Origin: Cereibacter sphaeroides 2.4.1
GTDB taxonomy: Bacteria; Pseudomonadota; Alphaproteobacteria; Rhodobacterales; Rhodobacteraceae
NCBI RefSeq assembly: GCF_000012905.2
Contig: NC_007493.2
Location: forward strand, 2,130,001 to 2,162,000
Direction: 5' to 3'
DNA length: 32,000 nt
Shown here: positions 17,680 through 24,066 of the stretch, piece after piece
Layout of the letters: the number at the start of each line of letters is the position of its first letter
How positions within the stretch are numbered: position 1 is the first letter of the stretch
Translations under genes and position numbers: made by a program
The notes under the pieces: generated by a model
Seen by the model: only the letters and a program-made list of their open reading frames with translations
The model's database searches: none
Told to the model about the DNA's origin: nothing

Positions 17680-17958
17680 TCATGTCCAATGCGTCTGGGC
17701 GCCGCCGGGAAGGGCCGCCCGCGCGCGCATCGGCGCCTCGTAGTCGAGCCCCGCCTCGTCGCAGAAGCTCATGACGCGGGCATCCTCGGCCATCAGGAAG
17801 TCGAGCACGCCGATCAGGAAGGCGGGCTTGCCCGCATCGCGGCGCACATCCTCGGGCGTGGCCCCGGTCATGTGCAGGAAGGCATCGAGCAGCCCCTCCT
17901 GCGCCGCGATCCAGCCCAGCGCCTGCAGAGCCAGCGTCTCGGCGGCTTGTCGCTGCAT
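17680..17958 (-). CDS. Small conserved protein, DUF3572-like (92 aa)
   Basis: ATG with GAGGGA upstream. ALQALGWIAAQEGLLDAFLHMTGATPEDVRRDAGKPAFLIGVLDFLMAEDARVMSFCDEAGL matches my recollection of the DUF3572 family. It is divergent from pleD. Confidence 0.7.
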   Translation of the reverse strand: MQRQAAETLALQALGWIAAQEGLLDAFLHMTGATPEDVRRDAGKPAFLIGVLDFLMAEDARVMSFCDEAGLDYEAPMRARAALPGGAQTHWT

Positions 17959-18086
17959 GTCGATCCCTCATGTCTGTCCGCAGAGCTCGGTCAGAGCACA
18001 TCCGGGTGACAGGGGGAAGCCGGGAAAGGAAACCTTAACCAGTTCCCCGCCAGAGTGGGGCCAGAGCGAGGCAGGGCGGCAGGGGC

Positions 18087-19472
18087 ATGGGCGGCAAGGT
18101 CTTAATCACCGACAATGTGGCCACGAACCGCATCGTCCTCAAGGTCAAGCTCGCGGCGGCCTGTTACCTGCCCCTGATGGCGGGCGACGGGGCCAGCTGC
18201 CTGTCGCTGGCGCGCGGGGAACTGCCCGATCTGATCCTGCTCGACTGGGCGCTGCCGGACGTGCCGGGCCTCGAGGTGCTGCGGCACCTGCGCGCGGATC
18301 CGGCGACACGCGACATTCCCGTCATCATGATCTCGGCCTCGCGCGATCCGGCGATCCGGCTGCAGGCGCTGGCCGAGGGGGCCGACGACTTTCTCGCCAA
18401 GCCTCTGGACGATCCGGTGCTGATGGCGCGGCTGCGCAGCCTCCTGCGGCTGCGCGACAGTTCGGGCGAGGGCGCGGTGCGCGGGGCCGCGCTCCGCGCG
18501 CTGGGTCTGGCGGAACGGGCGGAGTCCTTCGAGGGGCCGGGCCTGATCGCGCTCGTGGCGGCACGGCCCGAGACGGGCCTGCGCTGGCGGAAGGAGCTTC
18601 AGGCGCTGATGCCCGACCGGATCGTGCTTCAGACCCGCGAGGAGGCGCTGGCCGAGGCCGGTCCGGTGCCCGACATCTTCGTGATCGATGCCGATCTCGA
18701 CGGGCCGGGCGGCGGGCTCAGGCTCATGTCCGACCTCCGCAGCCGGGCCGGCTCGCGCCATGCCGCGGTCTGCATCGTCCGCGGACAGATGGGCGGCGAG
18801 GGTGCGGCGATGATCTACGATCTCGGCGCGAACGACCTCCTGCCCGCGGCCTTCGATCCGCGCGAGGCGCGGCTCCGGCTGCGCAACCTCCTGCGCCGCA
18901 AGCGCCGGGGCGACGAGATGCGCGCCACGCTGCAGAACGGGCTCCGGCTTGCGGTCGTGGATCCCCTGACCGGGCTCTACAACCGCCGCTATGCGGGCGC
19001 CCATCTCGCCGCCGTGGCCGAACGGGCGCGCGCGGCGGACGAGCGGTTCGCGGTGATGGTGATCGATCTCGACCGGTTCAAGTCGGTGAACGACCGCTGG
19101 GGGCACGGCGCGGGCGATGCGGTGCTCGTGGCCGTGGCGCGGCGGCTGCATGCCAACCTCCGCCCCGGCGACCTGATCGCGCGCATCGGCGGCGAGGAGT
19201 TCCTCGTGGCGCTGCCCGACGTGCCCCGCCCGGAGGATGCCCATGCGGTGGCCGAGCGGCTGCGCGAGGCGGTCGAGGAGGAGCCGGTGCCCCTGCCCGG
19301 CGGCGGCAGCCTGCGGGTGACGATCTCGGTGGGCCTTGCCCTCTCGCCCGACGAGGCCGGACGGCGCGCGGAGCCGGTCGATGCGGTGGTGCAGCGGGCC
19401 GACAGCGCGCTCCTCCTCGCCAAGTCGGCGGGCCGGAACCAGGTCACGATCGAGCGGAGCGCCGTGGCCTGA
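18087..19472 (+). CDS. pleD: Response-regulator diguanylate cyclase PleD (REC - degenerate REC - GGDEF)
   Basis: 461 aa. REC1 has the phospho-acceptor context LILLDWALPD, VIMISA and AKP. REC2 is degenerate, as in PleD. The GGDEF domain has DPLTGLYNRR, active site RIGGEEFLVAL and I-site RPGD. It is collinear with Caulobacter PleD. Confidence 0.9.
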   Translation: MGGKVLITDNVATNRIVLKVKLAAACYLPLMAGDGASCLSLARGELPDLILLDWALPDVPGLEVLRHLRADPATRDIPVIMISASRDPAIRLQALAEGADDFLAKPLDDPVLMARLRSLLRLRDSSGEGAVRGAALRALGLAERAESFEGPGLIALVAARPETGLRWRKELQALMPDRIVLQTREEALAEAGPVPDIFVIDADLDGPGGGLRLMSDLRSRAGSRHAAVCIVRGQMGGEGAAMIYDLGANDLLPAAFDPREARLRLRNLLRRKRRGDEMRATLQNGLRLAVVDPLTGLYNRRYAGAHLAAVAERARAADERFAVMVIDLDRFKSVNDRWGHGAGDAVLVAVARRLHANLRPGDLIARIGGEEFLVALPDVPRPEDAHAVAERLREAVEEEPVPLPGGGSLRVTISVGLALSPDEAGRRAEPVDAVVQRADSALLLAKSAGRNQVTIERSAVA

Positions 19473-19484
19473 CCGCGGGCACCG

Positions 19485-19680
19485 CCTCAGGCCTGCGTGC
19501 GGCCCCGTCGGCCGCGATGCTCGTCCTACGGACGCGGTCTCAGCCATGCGGGCGACCCCGCTCGCCGCGGCTCGCCTTGTGTGCGCAGCCTCAGTCGTGG
19601 AGGCGCCCCGCGTGTGGTCCTGCGGGCGCGGCCTCAGTCGTGCGGATGCCCCCGCTCGCCGCGGTGCTCGCCATGATGCC
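19485..19680 (-). repeat. Four tandem ~43-53-nt units: the His-rich-tail/stop end of the sensor gene plus three decayed non-coding copies in its 3' flank
   Basis: On the + strand the units start at CCTCAG 19485, TCTCAG 19538, CCTCAG 19589 and CCTCAG 19632 (the real stop, TCA 19634-19636). Read in coding sense, the gene end is ggcgagcaccgcggcgagcgggggcatccgcacgacTGAgg. The copy at 19538 reads ggcgagccgcggcgagcggggtcgcccgcatggcTGAga, about 85 % identical with a 2-nt deletion. The other two copies are about 75-80 % identical by eye. Confidence 0.6.
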
Positions 19681-20161
19681 CCTTGCGGGTGAGGCTCGCC
19701 TCGAGACGGTCGGCGAAGGCCCGCCGCTCCTCCGGTGCCATGGCCTCGATCCGCGCGCCCAGAAGCCGCGAGCCGAGCGCCGCGGTCTCGGCGCCGCGCT
19801 GCTGCTGCCGGTCGAGCACCGCCTGCAGCGCCGCCGGATCGTAGGGCTCGGCCCTGAGCGTGGCGAGCATTGCCCGGAAATCCTCGCGCATCTCGCGGCG
19901 GATCATGCGGAAATCGCCGCGCTCGTCGAGGAACGCGCGCCGCATCTCCTTGCGATCCTCGAGCGCGAGCGCCTCGGCGAAGGGGCCGAAGCCGAGATCG
20001 CGCACCGGGCCGTGCATGTCGTCGTCGGCCCGGAAGCGCCAGAGGGCGCCCCCGGCCATGCCCACGACGGCGAGGTTCAGCGCAACCGACAGGGCCAGCG
20101 CGACCTTGATCCAGCGGGGCGCGCGCGAAGCAGAGGGGGGAGTGGGGGTCATGTCGGTCAT
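19634..20161 (-). CDS. Membrane-anchored periplasmic sensor/chaperone-like protein (Spy/CpxP/ZraP/CnrX-like heavy-metal-sensor family) with a His-rich tail
   Basis: In-frame ATG at 20161 (MTDMTPTPPSASRAPRWIKVALALSVALNLAVVGMAGGALW is a single TM). The rest is an all-helical Arg/Glu-rich domain (LEDRKEMRRAFLDERGDFRMIRREMREDFRAMLATLRAEPYDPAALQAVL...APEERRAFADRLEASL). The C-terminus is KGHHGEHRGERGHPHD. The start lies 1 nt after the anti-sigma stop. Confidence 0.7.
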   Translation of the reverse strand: MTDMTPTPPSASRAPRWIKVALALSVALNLAVVGMAGGALWRFRADDDMHGPVRDLGFGPFAEALALEDRKEMRRAFLDERGDFRMIRREMREDFRAMLATLRAEPYDPAALQAVLDRQQQRGAETAALGSRLLGARIEAMAPEERRAFADRLEASLTRKGHHGEHRGERGHPHD

Positions 20162-20162
20162 C

Positions 20163-20522
20163 TCAGCCTTCCACCGGCGTCTCGAGGCTTGCAAAAAGGT
20201 CGTAGCCGGGCAGGAGATCCACGCTTTCCAGCGGATCGCCCGACGTGCCGCCCCAGAGCGCCTCGGCCACGGGGGCGGGCTGGGCCATGCCGATCCAGAC
20301 CCCGGCGAGGGTCGCGGTGGCGAGGCCCGCAAAGACGCCCCCGCCGCCGAAAAGCGCCAGAAGCCAAGGCCTCAGTCGCCGACGCGGCGCGGAGCGGGCC
20401 GGTGCGGGCGCGGGCCTTTCGGCTGCGGCATCCGCAAGGATCCGCGCCATGAGATCGGCCGAGGGCACCGGCGCCTCGCGCCGCGCTTCGGCAAAAAGAT
20501 CGTCCAGATCGCGGTCGCGCAT
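20163..20522 (-). CDS. Single-pass anti-sigma factor (119 aa, non-ZAS)
   Basis: ATG at 20522, 1 nt after the sigma stop. It has an N-terminal cytoplasmic helix (DLDDLFAEARREAPVPSADLMARILADA), one TM (WLLALFGGGGVFAGLATATLAGVWIG) and a ~45-aa periplasmic tail. There is no HxxxCxxC motif. The call is based on position and architecture. Confidence 0.65.
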   Translation of the reverse strand: MRDRDLDDLFAEARREAPVPSADLMARILADAAAERPAPAPARSAPRRRLRPWLLALFGGGGVFAGLATATLAGVWIGMAQPAPVAEALWGGTSGDPLESVDLLPGYDLFASLETPVEG

Positions 20523-20523
20523 C

Positions 20524-21117
20524 TCAGCCTTCCCCATACCCCAGTTCGGCGCGCTGCCCCGAGAGCAGCGCCGCCAATGCCCGTTTCCCCCGCGCGGTCA
20601 GGCTCTCCACCGCTTCGACGCCGATCTGCATCACCTCGGCGATCTCGGGGTTCGAGAGGCCCTCGATGTGGCGCAGCACCACCGCCTGCCGCTGCCGCTC
20701 GGGCAGGGCCGCCAACGCCGCATCGAGCGCCCGCATCCGGTCGCCCTCGATCAGCGCCTCTTCGACGCCCGGGGCGGCATCGGCCACCTCGGGCGCATCG
20801 TCGAGCGCGCTCGAGGCCCGCCGCTGTCGCCCGCGCAGCCGGTCGGTGCAGAGGTTGCACACCACCCGGTAGAGCCACGTCGAGACGCGCGCCTCGCCCT
20901 GACGCCAGTCGGGGGCGATGCGCCAGAGCCGGAGCATCGCCTCCTGCGTGACATCCTCGGCCTCCGCCCGGTCGGACAGGACGCGGGTGGCCACGGCCAG
21001 CGCCCGCGGCGCCATCCGCAGGGTCAAAGCCCGGGCGGCGGCGGAATCGCCGTTGGCATAAAGCACGAGCAACGCCTCGTCGGAGACGTCGGAAAGGGCG
21101 TCGAACGGCATGTCCAT
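20524..21117 (-). CDS. ECF-type RNA polymerase sigma-70 factor
   Basis: Region 2 is AEDVTQEAMLRLWRIAPDWRQGEARVSTWLYRVVCNLCTDRLR. Region 4 is LPERQRQAVVLRHIEGLSNPEIAEVMQIGVEAVESLTARGKRAL. The start is ATG 21117 (MDMPFD) or, with better AGGA spacing, ATG 21111 (MPFD). The track ORF up to 21306 is over-extended. Confidence 0.9.
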   Translation of the reverse strand: MDMPFDALSDVSDEALLVLYANGDSAAARALTLRMAPRALAVATRVLSDRAEAEDVTQEAMLRLWRIAPDWRQGEARVSTWLYRVVCNLCTDRLRGRQRRASSALDDAPEVADAAPGVEEALIEGDRMRALDAALAALPERQRQAVVLRHIEGLSNPEIAEVMQIGVEAVESLTARGKRALAALLSGQRAELGYGEG

Positions 21118-21132
21118 CCTGATCCCGAAGTA

Positions 21133-21160
21133 GCGCAACCGCATCCGGCGCGCAATTTCC
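21133..21160 (-). promoter_or_regulatory. ECF-type promoter-like motif GGAAA-N16-GTTGCGC upstream of the sigma gene (possible autoregulation)
   Basis: The minus strand reads GGAAATTGCGCGCCGGATGCGGTTGCGCT and ends 15 nt before ATG 21117. It shares the GGAA and GTTGCGC blocks with the motif at 21991-22019. Found by eye only. Confidence 0.3.
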
Positions 21161-21193
21161 GCCCGGCGCCGGAGCGCCGGGCAGCAGGCGGGC

Positions 21194-21850
21194 TCAGCGG
21201 TCGAACATGCGCCAGCCGTGGCCGTGGCCGCCGCGTCCGTGCCCATGCCCTTTCGGCCCGGCCTGCGCCGCCTCGTCGGCCGTGAGCGTGCCGTCCCCGT
21301 CCGCATCCATCCGGTCGAAGAACATCATCGGGCCGGGACCCGCCGCCAGTTCCGAGACCGACAGCTTGCCGTCGCCATCCGCGTCGAACATCTCGATCAT
21401 GCGCCGCGTCTTGGCCTCGATCCGCGGCATCATCCGCGCGACATGGAGAGCGGTCAGCTCCTCGCTCGACAGAAGCCCGTCGCCATCGGCATCCGCATTG
21501 GCCACGCGCGATGCGCGGGCGGCCTCGAGCTCGGCCTTCGTCACCTTCCCGTCGCCGTCCGTGTCGAGCGCGTCGAAGTCGAACATCGGCCCTCGGCCAC
21601 GGCCCGCACCCGGGCCCATGCCCGCACCCGGGCCCATCCCGGCGCCCGGACCCATGCCGGCACCCGGTCCCATGCCCGCACCGGGGCCCATGCCGGCGCC
21701 CGGTCCCATGCCGCCCGCGGGGCAGTCTGCGCCCTGGACGCACGTCCCCGGGCCCGGCGCCGGAGCAGGACCCGTCTGGGCCAGCGCGGTCCCTGCGGCA
21801 AGCGTGAGGGCGGTCACGGCGGCGGCTCTCAGAATGGCAAATCGTGTCAT
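21194..21850 (-). CDS. Secreted EF-hand calcium-binding protein (4 EF loops) with a (GMGPGA)x6 repeat and a His/Gly-rich tail
   Basis: ATG at 21850 with AGGAGA 8 nt upstream. Signal peptide MTRFAILRAAAVTALTLAAGTALA. Four canonical 12-residue loops are present: DTDGDGKVTKAE, DADGDGLLSSEE, DADGDGKLSVSE and DADGDGTLTADE. The C-terminus is GPKGHGHGRGGHGHGWRMFDR. The track ORF (to 22282) is over-extended. Confidence 0.85.
   Translation of the reverse strand: MTRFAILRAAAVTALTLAAGTALAQTGPAPAPGPGTCVQGADCPAGGMGPGAGMGPGAGMGPGAGMGPGAGMGPGAGMGPGAGRGRGPMFDFDALDTDGDGKVTKAELEAARASRVANADADGDGLLSSEELTALHVARMMPRIEAKTRRMIEMFDADGDGKLSVSELAAGPGPMMFFDRMDADGDGTLTADEAAQAGPKGHGHGRGGHGHGWRMFDR
21602..21709 (-). repeat. 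Six exact-period 18-nt tandem units encoding MGPGAG x6 inside the EF-hand gene
   Basis: Met codons (cat on the + strand) end at 21619, 21637, 21655, 21673, 21691 and 21709. The peptide units are identical. The DNA units differ only at synonymous third positions (for example ATGGGACCGGGCGCCGGC versus ATGGGCCCCGGTGCGGGC). Only the last two units are identical at the DNA level. Confidence 0.9.
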
Positions 21851-21990
21851 GGCGGTCTCTCCTGGGGTCGCGGCAGCCGTTGCTGCCTGGTTCATGCATC
21901 TCAAACGCCACGCCCCGCCGCTTCCGTCGCCCCTGACCGAAAATCGCAATAGATGAGTCCGGCGGAGGGTGATTAACCTGCCCCCACGCC

Positions 21991-22019
21991 GGAACAGGAC
22001 GCCCCACGGGGCGTTGCGC
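21991..22019 (+). promoter_or_regulatory. ECF-type promoter-like motif GGAAC-N16-CGTT(GCGC) upstream of the DUF983/NUDIX genes
   Basis: GGAAC (21991-21995), a 16-nt spacer, then CGTTGCGC (22012-22019), 31 nt before ATG 22051. The spacer contains the palindrome ACGCCCC-AC-GGGGCGT (21999-22014). It resembles the generic ECF -35 GGAAC / -10 CGT architecture and the motif at 21133-21160. Confidence 0.3.
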
Positions 22020-22050
22020 GTGAGAAGTGCTTGCGAGTCGGAGGCAGCGC

Positions 22051-22461
22051 ATGCGGGATGGAACCGTGGATTTCGAGACCGAGGAGGAGGAACGCCCCCT
22101 CGGCCCGGCCCTCTGGCGTGGCTGGAACCGCGTCTGCCCGCGCTGCGGCTCCGGGCCGATGCTGCGCGGCTATCTGACGGTGCGGGACAATTGTCCGGTG
22201 TGCGGCGAGAGCCTGCACCACCAGCGGGCCGATGACGGGCCCGCCTATCTGACGATCCTGATCGTGGGTCATCTGATGGCACCGGTGATCCTCTGGGCCT
22301 TCGTCGAGTTCCGGCCCGATCCGGCCATTCTCGCCACCATCTTCGGCATCGGGACCGTGGCCCTCTCGCTCTTCTTGCTGCCCCGCCTCAAAGGCGCCAT
22401 GGTGGCGCTGCAATGGGCGAAGAGGATGCATGGATTTGGCAGCGGAAGCGGGCGGGGATGA
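22051..22461 (+). CDS. DUF983-family small membrane protein with a CxxC...CxxC zinc-ribbon
   Basis: ATG at 22051 with GGAGG 7 nt upstream. CPRCGSGPMLRGYLTVRDNCPVCGESLHHQRADDGPAYLTILIVGHLMAPVIL matches my recollection of DUF983. Confidence 0.8.
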   Translation: MRDGTVDFETEEEERPLGPALWRGWNRVCPRCGSGPMLRGYLTVRDNCPVCGESLHHQRADDGPAYLTILIVGHLMAPVILWAFVEFRPDPAILATIFGIGTVALSLFLLPRLKGAMVALQWAKRMHGFGSGSGRG

Positions 22462-23107
22462 CAAGACGCGGGTAAGGCCTGCGGCCACCGTCATCCTGCT
22501 GCGAGACGGGCCCTCCGGCCCCGAAGTGCTCATGGGCATGCGCGGCGCCTCGGCGGCCTTCATGCCGTCCAAATTCGTCTTTCCCGGCGGCGCGGTCGAT
22601 GAGGCCGACGCCCGTGTGCCGCTGGCGGGCCTGCCCGCCCCGGTCTGTCTGCGGCGACTGGGCGACGAGGGGCCTGCGCTCGCCGCGGCCGCCATCCGGG
22701 AGCTCTGGGAGGAGACCGGCCTGCCCCTCGGCGTGAAGGGCGCCTGGACCGCCCCGGACGGCTGGAAAGGATTTGCCGGCCGCGGCCTTCGGCCCGACGC
22801 GTCCGGTCTGCGCTTCGTCTTCCGCGCCATCACGCCGCCCGGCCGCCCGCGGCGGTTCGATGCGCGCTTCTTCGTGGCGGAGGCCGCGCGGCTGGCCGCG
22901 GACCCCGACGATTTCTCGGCGGCCTGCGACGAGCTCTCGCATCTCCAGTGGCTGCCTCTGGCCGAGGCGCGGCGGCTCGACCTGCCCTTCATCACCGAGG
23001 TGGTGCTGGCCGAGGTCTCGGCTCTGGCTCAGGGCCGCGATGCCGGTCCGGGCGTGCCCTTCTTCGACAATTCCGGCCCCGTTCCGACCTTCCGCAGGCT
23101 GGAGTGA
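22430..23107 (+). CDS. NUDIX-family hydrolase
   Basis: 225 aa. The Nudix box core is IRELWEETGL, preceded by FPGGAVDEADA. It overlaps the previous gene by 32 nt, so the exact start is uncertain. Confidence 0.85.
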   Translation: MDLAAEAGGDDKTRVRPAATVILLRDGPSGPEVLMGMRGASAAFMPSKFVFPGGAVDEADARVPLAGLPAPVCLRRLGDEGPALAAAAIRELWEETGLPLGVKGAWTAPDGWKGFAGRGLRPDASGLRFVFRAITPPGRPRRFDARFFVAEAARLAADPDDFSAACDELSHLQWLPLAEARRLDLPFITEVVLAEVSALAQGRDAGPGVPFFDNSGPVPTFRRLE

Positions 23108-23175
23108 GGATCGCTTCCTCGACGGCCGGTCGGGAGAGGCGCCTGCCGCACCCCATCGGACCGGCCTGACAGGAC

Positions 23176-23550
23176 CTAGCCCGGCGCCACCGCGGAGGCG
23201 CAGCGGCTGAGGCGGAGCGGCTCGGCGCCCGGCACCAGCATCAGCATCGAGTCGGCCGCGTCGATCACCAGAAGCCGCGCATCCGCGAAGGTCTCGCCTT
23301 CGGCCTCGCACTCCAGCACCAGCTCGGCCCCCGGCAGGACCGTGAGCGGATCGGTTTCCGTGATCTTGCAGCGGTTCTCGTAGCCCTGGAATTCGGTGGC
23401 GGTGATGCGGATCGGCGCCTCGGGCACCTCGCCCGTCCGGCCGGCCGCGGCGCACCAGGCCGGATCGGCGGCCCAGTCGCCGATCCACGGGCTGTCGTCG
23501 GCGAGGGCGGGGCCCGCGAGGCAGCAGAGAAGAAGGGTCGATCGCAGCAT
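23176..23550 (-). CDS. Exported hypothetical protein (124 aa)
   Basis: AGGAGG lies 4 nt upstream. Signal peptide MLRSTLLLCCLAGPALADD. Conserved-looking Cys residues are present (WCAAAG, NRCKI, LECEAEG, SRCAS). I recognised no family. Confidence 0.65.
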   Translation of the reverse strand: MLRSTLLLCCLAGPALADDSPWIGDWAADPAWCAAAGRTGEVPEAPIRITATEFQGYENRCKITETDPLTVLPGAELVLECEAEGETFADARLLVIDAADSMLMLVPGAEPLRLSRCASAVAPG

Positions 23551-23565
23551 GGGGCCTCCTGAAGC

Positions 23566-24066
23566 TCAGAACCGGGTCAACCGCCCGAGATCGTAGCCGT
23601 TCCATTCGAGGATCTCGCGGGCGGCGGCCAGCCGATCGGGCGGCAGGGGCCCGCCCCGGTTCAGAAGCACGCCGAACCGCCCCGAGGGCGTGCCGAGGGC
23701 GAGGGTCCGGTAATCGGTATCGACCCAGAGCACCCACCAGGGCTCGGTCGCGCCGGCGGGCAGCAGGCGCCCGGGGCCGGTGACCGCCAGAGGCCCCGCC
23801 AGCGCCGTCTCGCGTCCGCCGAGGCAGAGCCGTCCGGTCATCTCGAGCCCCGCCGCCGTGGGCCGGATCGCGACGCCGCCGGGCCGGCAGGCGCCCGGCT
23901 GCGCGAAGGCCGCCACCTCCTGCCAGTCGCCGGCGATCCGCGCCGGCTCGAACACGGCGTTCGACCAGATCGGCTGGTTCGTGTCGCGGAAGGTTTGCGG
24001 CGGCTCCGGCACCTTGGGGGCGCAGGCCGCGAGCAGCAGGAGAGGCAGGGCCGTCAGTCGAGACAC
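23566..24066 (-). CDS. Lipocalin-family lipoprotein (Blc-like)
   Basis: GTG start with GGAGGA 7 nt upstream. Lipobox LLLLAAC. The lipocalin G-x-W block is present (IAGDWQEVAAF), as is the late YRTLALGTPSGRFGVLLNR block. Confidence 0.75.
   Translation of the reverse strand: MSRLTALPLLLLAACAPKVPEPPQTFRDTNQPIWSNAVFEPARIAGDWQEVAAFAQPGACRPGGVAIRPTAAGLEMTGRLCLGGRETALAGPLAVTGPGRLLPAGATEPWWVLWVDTDYRTLALGTPSGRFGVLLNRGGPLPPDRLAAAREILEWNGYDLGRLTRF

Noticed and set aside
17771-20452. 893-aa + strand ORF and the 481-aa minus-strand ORF 18102..19547
   Set aside because: They run out of frame or antisense through pleD and the ECF operon genes. The translations are Arg/Gly/Ala/Pro low complexity.
21602-21709. 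The 18-nt tandem repeat considered as a CRISPR array or non-coding VNTR
   Set aside because: There are no spacers and the units are contiguous. They are in frame inside a well-supported CDS, encoding MGPGAG x6.
21024-22282. 342-aa and 362-aa minus-strand ORFs, plus + strand ORFs at 21207..21956
   Set aside because: These are over-extended or off-frame versions of the EF-hand gene region. The real product starts at 21850 with an SD and a signal peptide. The other frames read the 18-nt repeat as PGP/RTR low complexity.
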